64,000 nucleotides of DNA, from positions 65,015 through 129,014 of the forward strand of contig JAJEBR010000054.1 in the NCBI GenBank assembly GCA_022822445.1, read 5' to 3'. This document shows, piece after piece, positions 36,951-45,959 of the stretch (positions are counted from its first letter, which is position 1; each line of letters begins with the position of its first letter). The stretch is from Gemmatimonadota bacterium. GTDB taxonomy: Bacteria > Gemmatimonadota > Gemmatimonadetes > Longimicrobiales > Gaopeijiaceae. Position numbers and translations under genes: made by a program. The notes under the pieces were generated by a model. That model saw only the letters and a program-made list of their open reading frames with translations. It had not been told where the DNA came from and did not search any database.

Positions 36951-37424
36951 GAGCGTGGAAGTCTTGCCTGGCGGAGGCTACAGGGTCACTTACCATCACT
37001 TTCCAGGGCTGGCGACGAGTGTGGTTGGGAAGGACACGGGACTGCTGAGGCGTGTTCTCGTTGCGGAAGGACATCGTCTTGCCACAGCGGAAGAATGGGC
37101 GGGCCGTGCCATCGGCTCTGCGGTCCTGAGGGAGACGCGACCGAGGAGGATGCTGTTGCTACAGCGACGGAGATCCTTGACGCCTTGGGTGGTGACGACA
37201 TAGCCGCGGTCACCGCTCTCCTGGTTGAGAAACGGCCCGGAGTGCGTGCAGAGTTCATCTCTGAGGGGGGTCGAATCGACTTGATTCTCCCCAACTGCAG
37301 CCCCTATAGGTCAGCATTCACCATCCCTGTACCGCCACACCATCGCAAGATGCTAGAAGCAGCGCTTGGCGTTTCCGCGCCATCAGCCGGAGTGCTCGCG
37401 TCTTCAGGCAGTGTAGGGTCTTGA
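36943..37424 (+). pseudogene. Two overlapping ORFs (36943..37203 and 37095..37424), possibly one frameshifted gene
   Basis: Frame 1, MDESVEVLPGGGYRVTYHHFPGLATS..., degenerates into an Arg-rich tail. Frame 2 looks protein-like only from ...GDATEEDAVATATEILDALGGDDIAAVTALLVEKRPG. Overlap is 109 nt. No family recognised. Confidence 0.25.
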
Positions 37425-37476
37425 CAGTCCTCGCGGCAGGTCGTTCCTATGCGTCCGCGCCTATTGAGGAATCCGG

Positions 37477-38772
37477 GTGCATGGAGATCAAGCCGTGACG
37501 CCCGCCACATCGCCGTTGGCATCACTGCGCGGGATATCTTGCGGGGCCGTGGTTCCCACCCTGACCTTGCTTGCAGCAGCCTGCCAGAACCCGGACTCCA
37601 GCGGTTCGTCCCCGGATGTCGTGGTACGAGACTCCTCGGGGATAAGGATTGTGGAGAACCTCGCGCCGGAATGGGACAAGGACTTCTGGTCGGTGAATCC
37701 AGAGCCGGAATTCGCGTTCGGCGGTGAGTTTGGCGAGGAGAGCGATGCTTCCCTCTTGGTCTGGGACATTGCGGCGGCCGGAATGCTCTCGGATGGCCGG
37801 GTCGTGCTACTTTCTCCCAAGGGGGAGCGGAAGGTGCTGATCTTCGAGCGCTCCGGCGCACTCTCGGTGGCATTTGGACGCGCAGGGCGAGGCCCGGGTG
37901 AGTTTGATCATCCCCAGCATCTCCAGGTCCTCCCGGGAGATACGGTTGTGGTGTGGGACTACATGTTCGGTCCCGTCAGCTACTTCGACGCCTCGGGAAC
38001 GCTCTTGAAACACCGGGCCATCGACTTGGGAGGGTTGATTGAGGCGACTCGGGGCCCCGACCGGCACAACGGAGAGACAGTGCATCTGCCGCTGCCGGAT
38101 GGATCCTTCATTGTCCAATTCCATCGTCCGGATTGGCAAATCCCGGAACAGGGCGAGATCTATAGGCGACCTGTTGGGTACGCCAGGATCGACCTCGACT
38201 ACAGCTCTCATTCGTTCGGCTGGTGGCAGGGGTACGAGTTTCTGAACCATGCCATGCCGGTTCTGCCGTATCCTGTACAATCTCTGGTTGCTGGAGGTGG
38301 AGCACCCTTGACCGTGCATGTCACCAATGGGAATCGTTTCGAAGTCCATCAGTTTGCGGCCCATGGAGAAGGCCTTCGCCGAATAGTCCGGCGCAGGACC
38401 GAGAAGATCCCAATTGAATCCGGGACGGTGCGGAGCCTGGCGGAGTTGAACAGCGACGTTGAGGGAGACTGGCTGGCCTGGGAACGGGCGGTCGCCCTGA
38501 CCCCCCAGCGGTTCTACCCGGCCATAGCCTCAATGCAGGTGGATAACTGGGGGAACCTGTGGGTATTGGCCCTGTCCGGCCGTTCCACGCGGGGCGGGGC
38601 CCTCTGGGAATGGAGCGTCTTCCACGAGGGCCGTTGGCTCGGTGATGTGGCGATGCCCAGTGGCGTCCTGTGGATCGGCGACGATATCATTCTGTGCAGA
38701 CATTTTGACCGTGATACCGGATTGGAGAAGATCTTGGGGTATCGGCTCAGCCGAGGTCTATCCCGTGGATAA
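37477..38772 (+). CDS. Lipoprotein, NHL/six-bladed beta-propeller-like
   Basis: Lipobox LTLLAAAC. GRAGRGPGEFDHPQHLQV (NHL-type GPGEF motif). C-terminus paralogous to fragment 53157..53456. Confidence 0.6.
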   Translation: MHGDQAVTPATSPLASLRGISCGAVVPTLTLLAAACQNPDSSGSSPDVVVRDSSGIRIVENLAPEWDKDFWSVNPEPEFAFGGEFGEESDASLLVWDIAAAGMLSDGRVVLLSPKGERKVLIFERSGALSVAFGRAGRGPGEFDHPQHLQVLPGDTVVVWDYMFGPVSYFDASGTLLKHRAIDLGGLIEATRGPDRHNGETVHLPLPDGSFIVQFHRPDWQIPEQGEIYRRPVGYARIDLDYSSHSFGWWQGYEFLNHAMPVLPYPVQSLVAGGGAPLTVHVTNGNRFEVHQFAAHGEGLRRIVRRRTEKIPIESGTVRSLAELNSDVEGDWLAWERAVALTPQRFYPAIASMQVDNWGNLWVLALSGRSTRGGALWEWSVFHEGRWLGDVAMPSGVLWIGDDIILCRHFDRDTGLEKILGYRLSRGLSRG

Positions 38773-39910
38773 ACCCGCGCAGACCAGGACCGACCGGGAA
38801 CAGCAGTTCGGCTGGCGCGTCGCCCCTGTTCTCCTGAGCCTGTTGCTCGTCGGTGCTCCTCGAGTGTTGGCTCAGGAGGTCATTGAGGTCGACTACGAGA
38901 CCGAGCGGGTGGTGATCGACGACCCGTACCATCGGTCGTTTGCCTTCGATATGCTGGCCATCGACCACGCCAGGGGCATTCTGTACGTGGAGGACCGGGA
39001 GGAGCTGGAAGGGGTGATGAGCTTTTCCCTGCTTACCGGGGAAAGGCTGAACGTGGTGCGTTATGCGACGGGTGGCGGGCCGAACGAGCTTCCCCAGGCC
39101 AAAGCCGGATTCGCCCTCGCTCCCGGTGGGAACCTGTTCGTTGCCGATCCCTCGAAGGTGCTGGAACTCGATCCGCTCGGCGAGGTGGTCAGCTATTGGC
39201 TGCCGCGTGCACCGACGCGTTTGGGCATCTGCAACCTCGGAGGAGAACCGGCGGTTCCCACGGTCGGCGGCGTTGTTCGCCGAAACCCCGACGGCCCCGA
39301 TCTGGGTATCGGATCAAACGCCCTGGTCGGCGAGACCGTTAGAGCGAACAGCTTCGAAGAAGGGCGGGCGATAGCTCGCAGAACCTGGCGCGCCCGGGTA
39401 ACCTGCAATGAAGAAGCGGCATTCGTCGTGGAGTCGTTTGAGGATGAAGCCGATTCGGTATACGTGTATTACCTGGACGGGAGGGAGGACGGTCGACTGG
39501 CGATCCCCGCCGAATCGACAAGGCGGTGGTGGCACGGTTGTAGTGTTGTGCTTGCGGGTGTGCGCATTCGAGATCGGTGCCCCGAATGGAACGAGAATAT
39601 GCGGCCGTCCCTGGACGAGAACGGGAACCTCGTACTGGTCAGCACGAGAGGCATCCGCCTGCCGCTGACCGGTGTCATCATCGATCCGGAGAGCGGATGC
39701 CATGCTATTCTTCGTCACCGTCCGCAGCCGGGGTCGGACGTGGTGGCAATCTACGCCGACAGTGCTGTGGTCTTTCACAAGGAAGCCGTTCCCACCGAAC
39801 GTGGCGTTACCATCGGTGCCAACGCCGGCCGCGTGACCCTCAATCCACTTCGCAGGGTCAGCGGTGAACCGTGCGCCGACATGGTGCCGTCGGTGACCGG
39901 GGGCGGGTGA
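38765..39910 (+). CDS. Secreted hypothetical protein
   Basis: GTG 38765 overlaps the upstream stop by 8 nt. Signal peptide VAPVLLSLLLVGAPRVLAQE. No family recognised. Confidence 0.5.
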   Translation: MDKPAQTRTDREQQFGWRVAPVLLSLLLVGAPRVLAQEVIEVDYETERVVIDDPYHRSFAFDMLAIDHARGILYVEDREELEGVMSFSLLTGERLNVVRYATGGGPNELPQAKAGFALAPGGNLFVADPSKVLELDPLGEVVSYWLPRAPTRLGICNLGGEPAVPTVGGVVRRNPDGPDLGIGSNALVGETVRANSFEEGRAIARRTWRARVTCNEEAAFVVESFEDEADSVYVYYLDGREDGRLAIPAESTRRWWHGCSVVLAGVRIRDRCPEWNENMRPSLDENGNLVLVSTRGIRLPLTGVIIDPESGCHAILRHRPQPGSDVVAIYADSAVVFHKEAVPTERGVTIGANAGRVTLNPLRRVSGEPCADMVPSVTGGG

Positions 39911-39920
39911 GTCGCTGACG

Positions 39921-41036
39921 ATGGCCCTATTCGCCGGGGCGCCGGCACGCGGGCATCTGATTCGAGTCGCGGCGCTGGTCTTCGCAGCCGTCCCACTCCT
40001 CCTGGCATGCGACGATGCCCTCGACCGCGATACCACGGGGCCTCTCACCGCGGTGCACGTGATCCCGGGCGACACCATCGCCGTTTTCCCTCCTGCGGGC
40101 GCCTCCCTGTTCCTGGAAACCGTGCAAGGGATGGCGCTGGCGGAGGATGGCGAGAGCGTCTACGTCCTGGACGCTCACACCGTCCATCACCTTGACCTGG
40201 ACGGAAACCTGCTGGGCTCGATGGGAGGCGAGGGCGAGGGCCCGGGAGAGCTGAAGTCGCCGAGTGGCATTCATCCGGCCATCGGTGGAGGTGCGTGGGT
40301 CTACGATCCGGGGAATGGTCGGGCGTTGCGATATGCCAGAGGTGGCGTCGTGGTAGAGCAGGTTTCTGCGATTGAACAGCCCCGGGCCCCGTTCGTGCCG
40401 TTCGGCGATGGTATCCTGCTATCGGTCGTCCCGTCGCCTACCGCGTCGCTCTCTGGAACGGGCGTCGTGTTCACTCGGGATGAGCCCAGCAAGGAACGGC
40501 TGCTGTCCTACCATTTCGGCTCCGGCGACATGCTGGCGATAGGTAGCCCGTCGGGTGGTCCGGATGACCTTGTTGAGGGCGGGCTGTTGGGTCGGATCGT
40601 GGGTTGGAGCATGGCCGCGATATCGCTCAACGAGATCGCCGTCGTGATCAGCGGCCGGGACCTGAGTGCATGGCGTCTGGTGCTCGACGACGACGGGGAG
40701 CGGATCGATACCATCGCGCAGCTTCCAGTGCCCTCGGATGTGCGGCGGATCGTGCGAGAAGCGTCGGAAATGGGTGGCCCGGACGTCATGGCGATGACGA
40801 TCATGGGGGCAAGGATGGTTGGCGGAAGGATGTGGGTGATGGCCGGGGGTCTGGGACTCGGTCCGGACAAGCCGCTGACGTTCACCATTCCCCTCGATGG
40901 CGGCACCACGTCCCTTCGCCTGGACCGGCACCCGGTCGATCCGGAGCGGGAGGTCGTCGACGCAATCGTCCTCCCGGACCGGCTCATCCTGGCCACGCAG
41001 ATCGAGGTGAGGTTCCTCACGATCGCGCCCGCTTGA
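39921..41036 (+). CDS. Lipoprotein, NHL/beta-propeller-like
   Basis: Lipobox [25 protein letters not shown] motif resembling that of 37477..38772. Confidence 0.55.
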   Translation: MALFAGAPARGHLIRVAALVFAAVPLLLACDDALDRDTTGPLTAVHVIPGDTIAVFPPAGASLFLETVQGMALAEDGESVYVLDAHTVHHLDLDGNLLGSMGGEGEGPGELKSPSGIHPAIGGGAWVYDPGNGRALRYARGGVVVEQVSAIEQPRAPFVPFGDGILLSVVPSPTASLSGTGVVFTRDEPSKERLLSYHFGSGDMLAIGSPSGGPDDLVEGGLLGRIVGWSMAAISLNEIAVVISGRDLSAWRLVLDDDGERIDTIAQLPVPSDVRRIVREASEMGGPDVMAMTIMGARMVGGRMWVMAGGLGLGPDKPLTFTIPLDGGTTSLRLDRHPVDPEREVVDAIVLPDRLILATQIEVRFLTIAPA

Positions 41037-41140
41037 CGCCCCCCTTTCCCCTGCCCATCATGGGACCCCATAGAGGCATCGCGCGGCCCCGGGAGCGGGC
41101 GGCGCACGGGCGAATCCCCAACTTCGGGAGGACAGCGGGA

Positions 41141-41341
41141 ATGACACGAGGGACGGTCAAGTGGTTCAACGATTCCAAGGGCTATGGCTTCATCGCCCGT
41201 CCATCGGGCGGCGACGTGTTCGTTCACTTCAGCTCGATTCAGGGGGATGGGTTCCGAACCCTGGCCGAGGGCGACGAGGTGGAGTTCGAGGTTCAGGAGA
41301 CGGACCGGGGCCTGCAAGCGACCAACGTGATTCGCGCCTGA
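41141..41341 (+). CDS. csp: Cold-shock protein (CspA family)
   Basis: [15 protein letters not shown] (RNP1) and VFVHFS (RNP2); 66 aa. Confidence 0.95.
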   Translation: MTRGTVKWFNDSKGYGFIARPSGGDVFVHFSSIQGDGFRTLAEGDEVEFEVQETDRGLQATNVIRA

Positions 41342-41376
41342 CCGTCGTCCCGGTGCGGAGCTATGGGGATCGAGAC

Positions 41377-41415
41377 TGTAAAGTAAATATGACATTTTGT
41401 AAAGTTGTCATTACA
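41377..41415 (+). promoter_or_regulatory. 39-bp bipartite palindromic element, copy E
   Basis: TGTAAAGTAAATATGACA-ttt-TGTAAAGTTGTCATTACA, 103 nt upstream of the polA ATG. Promoter reading: ATGACA, 17 nt, TACAGT. Confidence 0.6.
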
Positions 41416-41518
41416 GTGTGGCCCGTTGAGCGTAGCGGTCCGGCGCGGATGCCTCGCCGACCGAATTCAGCGGGGCTTTATTCCACGGGCTAGAGGGTCG
41501 CGGGCGGCGCTGCACACC

Positions 41519-44407
41519 ATGGAAACACCTCCCAAAAGCGCTCCCCGACTCTTCCTGATCGATGCCTATGCGCTGATCTATCGGTCGTTCTTCGCCTTCA
41601 TCCACAGACCGCTCACCAACGCGCGCGGGGAGAACACGTCGGCGCCCTTCGGCTTCGCCAACTTCCTCTTCCGGATCCGCGACAACTACCGGCCGGACTA
41701 CATCGCGGTCGTCTTCGATTCGGGGAGGAGCCACCGGGAGGAGCTGTACCCCGAGTACAAGGCGACCCGCGAGAAGATGCCCCGCGAGCTGCGCGAAAGC
41801 CTGCCGCGGGTGCGGGAGCTGGTGGAGGCGTTCGGGGACCGGGTGATCGCGGTGGACGGGTGGGAGGCCGACGACGTGATCGGGACGCTGGCGGCGCGGG
41901 CGGTGGCCGGCGGGCTCGAGGCCGTGATCGTGTCGGGGGACAAGGACTTCCTGCAGCTGGTGGGCAACCGCGTGCAGCTGCTGAACCCGGGACGGGGCGG
42001 CCCGCAGGGGGTGGCCGCGGAGTGGGTGGACGAGGAAGGCGCGACCGGGAAGCTGGGCGTGGCGCCGGAACAGGTGGTCGACTACCTGGCGCTCGTGGGC
42101 GACAGCTCGGACAACGTGCCCGGGGCGCCCGGGATCGGGCCCAAGACGGCGCGCAAGCTGCTGGAGAGCTACGGAACGCTGGAAGAGGTTCTGGACCACG
42201 CGGAAGAGATCAAGGCCAAGCGCGCCCGCGAATCGCTGATCGCCAACCGCGAGCAGGTGCTGCTGTCGAAGGAGCTGGTCACGATCCGCACGGACGTAGG
42301 GGTCGACGCCGAGCTGGAAGACCTGAAGGTGTCGGCGCCGGACAACGAGAGGCTGCGGGCGCTGTTCGTGGAGCTGGAGTTCCGAACGCTGCTGGGGCGG
42401 CTGGAGGAGGCGGGCGCCGGCGGAGCGGCGGGCGGGGGCGCCGGTGAAGCGGGCCGGGCGGGTGAAGCGGGCAGTGTGGGCCGCGGGGCCACCGGCGCTT
42501 CGGAGCCGGACTACGAGCTGGTCACCGAGGTGGACGGGGTGGAGGCCGTGGCCCGGGCCTGCCGGGAAGCGGGGGTGATGGGCGTGGTGGTGCTCAACCG
42601 TGCGATGGTGCCGACGCGGGGTGGGGTGGCGGGGGTGGGGGTGGCGGTGGGGGTGGGGGGTGGGGTGGGGGCCGGGGCGCCGCGGGCGTCGGGCGAAGAG
42701 GGGGCAGCCGCGCGACCTCCGCCGTGCCGCTACCTCCCCGTCGGGCACGAGAGCGCGATGTCGCTGGGGCTGGGTGGGGGGGAGGGGGGCGGTGGCGACA
42801 ACCTCCCCGCGCTGGAGAGCGAGGCCATGGCGCCGCTCCGTGCCGTGCTGGCGGACCCGCAGGTCACCAAGGTGGGCCACGACCTCAAGCGTTCGCTGAT
42901 CGCCTGCCGGCGCGCGGGACTGGAGCTGGCCGGTCCCTTCAAGGACGTCATGGTGGCGTCCTACGTGCTGGACCCGGGACGCCGCCACCGCGACCTCGGC
43001 GCGCTGGCCACCGACTTCCTTGGCCGGGAGGTCACCGCCCCCGCCAAGGTCCTCGGAACCGGCAGGAATCGACGGGCGTTCGGCGAGGTGGCGGCCGCCG
43101 AGGCCCTTTCCTTCGCCTGCGAGCAGGCCGAGCTGCCGCTGCGTCTCTGGGAGCTCTTCTCTGACCAGCTGGCTTCGGAGGGGCTGAACGACCTCTTCGC
43201 CGAGCTGGAGACCCCGCTGATCCCCGTGCTCGCCGACATGGAGATGAACGGGGTGGCCATCGACCCCGGCTTCTTCGCGGAGATGAGCTCGCGACTCGCC
43301 GACGAGCTGCGGCTGATCCGCGAGGACATCCACCGGGTCGCCGGCACCGAGTTCAACATCAATTCGACGCCGCAGCTGCGCGAAGTCCTCTTCGAGCGGC
43401 TGGGCATGCCCGTCATCAAGCGCACCAAGACCGGCCCGTCCACCGACTCCTCCGTGCTGGAGCAGCTGGCCGTCCAGGGCCATGAACTGCCGCGGCTGAT
43501 GATGGACTACCGGCAGCTGGAGAAGCTGCGCAACACCTACGTCGACGCGCTCCCGGCGCTGGTCAACCCGGAGACCCGCCGGATCCACACGACCTTCAAC
43601 CAGGCGGTCGCCGCGACCGGCCGTCTCTCGTCCTCCGACCCCAACCTGCAGAACATTCCGGTCCGCACCTCGGTCGGCCGCGAGATCCGCAAGGGGTTCG
43701 TCGCCTCCGAGGGCGCTCTTCTCCTTACGGCGGACTACTCCCAGATCGAACTCCGCATCCTGGCGCACTTCTCCGACGACGAGGTCTTCGTGCGGGCCTT
43801 CAGGGAGGGAAAGGATGTCCACCGGGAGACCGCTGCGGTGATCTTCGACGTGTCCGCGGACGAGGTCACCGGAGCGATGCGCGACCAGGCCAAGACGGTG
43901 AACTTCGCCACGCTCTACGGCCAGGGCCCCTTCAGTCTGGCCCGGCAGCTGGGGATCCCGATGGAGGATGCGAAGCGGTTCATCGCCCAGTACTTCGAGC
44001 GCTTCGCGGGCGTGCGGCGCTTCCTGGACGAGCAGGTCGCGCAGGCGAAGGAGTCGGGGTACGTGGCCACCCTGATGGGCCGGCGCCGGCGGATCCCGGA
44101 GCTGCGCGCGAGGGCGTGGAACGTGCGCCAGTTCGGTGAGCGAGTGGCGCAGAACACGCCGATCCAGGGGACCGCGGCCGACCTGATCAAGGTGGCGATG
44201 ATCCGCATCCGGAAGCTGCTCGACGGCGATCCCGGTGTGCGCATGGTCCTCCAGGTCCACAACGAGCTCGTCTTCGAGGTGGCCGAGGGCCGGGTGGACG
44301 AGGTGGGTTCGGCCGTGGTCGAGGTGATGGAGTCGGCGATGGAGCTGAAGGTGCCGCTGAAGGTGGATGTGGGCGCAGGGAGGACCTGGTACGACTGCAA
44401 GGGGTGA
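41519..44407 (+). CDS. polA: DNA polymerase I (family A) with 5' nuclease domain, degenerate 3'-5' exonuclease domain and Gly-rich insertions
   Basis: LFLIDAYALIYRSFFAF, GDKDFLQL, GDSSDNVPGAPGIGPKTA (5' nuclease). Motif A is ADYSQIELR; motif B is RDQAKTVNFATLYG; motif C reads QVHNELVFE. Start chosen at METPPKS. Confidence 0.95.
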   Translation: METPPKSAPRLFLIDAYALIYRSFFAFIHRPLTNARGENTSAPFGFANFLFRIRDNYRPDYIAVVFDSGRSHREELYPEYKATREKMPRELRESLPRVRELVEAFGDRVIAVDGWEADDVIGTLAARAVAGGLEAVIVSGDKDFLQLVGNRVQLLNPGRGGPQGVAAEWVDEEGATGKLGVAPEQVVDYLALVGDSSDNVPGAPGIGPKTARKLLESYGTLEEVLDHAEEIKAKRARESLIANREQVLLSKELVTIRTDVGVDAELEDLKVSAPDNERLRALFVELEFRTLLGRLEEAGAGGAAGGGAGEAGRAGEAGSVGRGATGASEPDYELVTEVDGVEAVARACREAGVMGVVVLNRAMVPTRGGVAGVGVAVGVGGGVGAGAPRASGEEGAAARPPPCRYLPVGHESAMSLGLGGGEGGGGDNLPALESEAMAPLRAVLADPQVTKVGHDLKRSLIACRRAGLELAGPFKDVMVASYVLDPGRRHRDLGALATDFLGREVTAPAKVLGTGRNRRAFGEVAAAEALSFACEQAELPLRLWELFSDQLASEGLNDLFAELETPLIPVLADMEMNGVAIDPGFFAEMSSRLADELRLIREDIHRVAGTEFNINSTPQLREVLFERLGMPVIKRTKTGPSTDSSVLEQLAVQGHELPRLMMDYRQLEKLRNTYVDALPALVNPETRRIHTTFNQAVAATGRLSSSDPNLQNIPVRTSVGREIRKGFVASEGALLLTADYSQIELRILAHFSDDEVFVRAFREGKDVHRETAAVIFDVSADEVTGAMRDQAKTVNFATLYGQGPFSLARQLGIPMEDAKRFIAQYFERFAGVRRFLDEQVAQAKESGYVATLMGRRRRIPELRARAWNVRQFGERVAQNTPIQGTAADLIKVAMIRIRKLLDGDPGVRMVLQVHNELVFEVAEGRVDEVGSAVVEVMESAMELKVPLKVDVGAGRTWYDCKG

Positions 44408-44628
44408 TTCCGGTCCCGGCGAGACATGCGGACGCCCCCGAATCCGCCCACAACGGCGGTCGCCGCGAAATCAGTCCCATCCAGCTATGTATGCGCCCCT
44501 CGACACCCCACACCTTGTTGGCCCAACACTCGACCGGGTCTCCCGGCGGTGCGGCGGCCACTCCCACGGCTTCCGCCCCCGCCGGAGCCCGGTGACCAGT
44601 CCACATCCTGGAAGCGGAGGACCGTCCC

Positions 44629-44967
44629 GTGAGCCGTTCGGTAAACAAGATCATTCTCGTGGGGAACGTGGGTAGCGACCCCGAAGTGCGCATCACCAGC
44701 TCGGGCGTGAAGGTGGCCCGTGTCTCCCTGGCGACCAACTGGAGGACAGGGGGGGAGGATCCGGAGGAGCGCACCGACTGGCACCGCGTCAATCTGTGGG
44801 GCCGGCTGGCGCAGGTGGCCGAGGACTACGTGGCCAAGGGCGACAAGCTCTTCGTGGAGGGGTACCTGCAGTACGACTCCTACGAGCGCGACGGCGTGAC
44901 CATCCCCACGGCCGAGATTCGTGCCCGGGAGATGGTGATGCTCACCCCGCGCGGGGGCGAAGCCTGA
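44629..44967 (+). CDS. ssb: Single-stranded DNA-binding protein, OB-fold only (112 aa, no acidic C-terminal tail)
   Basis: GTG start after GGAGG. NKIILVGNVGSDPEVR...TDWHRVNLWGRLAQVAEDYVAKGDKLFVEG. Confidence 0.85.
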   Translation: MSRSVNKIILVGNVGSDPEVRITSSGVKVARVSLATNWRTGGEDPEERTDWHRVNLWGRLAQVAEDYVAKGDKLFVEGYLQYDSYERDGVTIPTAEIRAREMVMLTPRGGEA

Positions 44968-44976
44968 CCGGATGCG

Positions 44977-45837
44977 TCAGTTGGCGGTCCAGAAGCCGGA
45001 GAGGGAGTCGCCCTGGGGGCTTTCGCGGAGCTTCTCGAAGGCGCGGTTGCGGATCTGGCGGATCCGCTCCCGGGTCACGCCCAGGAGCGAGCCGATCTCC
45101 TCCAGGGTGCGCTCCTCGCCATCGTCGAGGCCGTAGTAGAGGTAGAGGATCTTGCGCTCGCGCTCGGTCAGGTAGCTGTCGAACATGCTCTCCAGATAGG
45201 AGCGGCGCGCGATCGCCTCCACATCCTCCTCGATTTCGGCTCCGTCGCCGCCGGCGAAGCGCTCGCCGAAGCTGGCGCTGTCGCGGTCACCCCGATCCAG
45301 GGGTGCATCGAGGCTCAGCTCGGCGGCGGCGACGCGCCGGAGTGCCCGCACGGTCTCCAGGGGCTCCCCCATCTCGCGGGCGAGCTCCTGGTCCGTCGGG
45401 GAACGGCCGAGCTGCTGCGTCAGGCTGGTGTTGGTGCGCGCCAGACGGGCGAGGTTGGAGTTCTGGTTGAGCGGGATGCGGACCGAACGGGTCTGTTCGG
45501 CCAGCGCCTGCAACACCGTCTGCCGGATCCACCACACGGCGTAGGAGATGAACTTCACTCCCTTGTCGGGGTCGAACTTCTTGACCGCCTTCAGGAGCCC
45601 CTCGTTCCCGATGCAGACCAGCTCGGCGAGCCCGAGGCCGCGCCCCTGGTACTTCTTCACGTAGGAGATGACGAAGCGGAGGTTCGCGGTGACGAGGCGC
45701 TCCGCCGCCTCCTTGTCACCGGTTCGAGCTCTTCGCGCGAGCGCTCGCTCCTCCTCCGGGTCCGAGATCAAGGGGTAACGCTCCACATCCTGGAGATACT
45801 GATCGAAGGAATCGAGACCGCGCGAATCTGCGAACAA
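44977..45837 (-). CDS. Sigma-70 family RNA polymerase sigma factor, RpoD-like, lacking region 1.1 (286 aa)
   Basis: Regions 2-4 align to RpoD: LVTANLRFVISYVKKYQGRGL...ISYAVWWIRQ; RSVRIPLNQ; TLEEIGSLLGVTRERIRQIRNRAFEKLR. TTG start (45835-45837) lies 6 nt after AGGAGG. The track start at 45957 lies upstream of the predicted TSS. Confidence 0.85.
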   Translation of the reverse strand: MFADSRGLDSFDQYLQDVERYPLISDPEEERALARRARTGDKEAAERLVTANLRFVISYVKKYQGRGLGLAELVCIGNEGLLKAVKKFDPDKGVKFISYAVWWIRQTVLQALAEQTRSVRIPLNQNSNLARLARTNTSLTQQLGRSPTDQELAREMGEPLETVRALRRVAAAELSLDAPLDRGDRDSASFGERFAGGDGAEIEEDVEAIARRSYLESMFDSYLTERERKILYLYYGLDDGEERTLEEIGSLLGVTRERIRQIRNRAFEKLRESPQGDSLSGFWTAN

Positions 45838-45959
45838 TGCCGTCCTCCTGAAGGGGGATTCTGAATCGATGTCTCTTCCCGAGTCCGGAGGCTGCCGTCG
45901 GCCCAGGGACGGCGGGAGATACCTGGGCGGCCACTTCGGGTTTCGGTGAAGGGACACAT

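Noticed and set aside
36943-37203. HicB-like antitoxin, suggested by GGGYRVTYHHFPGLATS resembling the dGgY-v-fPdlPGc motif.
   Set aside because: The expected continuation (T-x-G-x-T-x-E-E-A) does not follow in frame, and no HicA-like ORF is adjacent. The similarity is too short to support.
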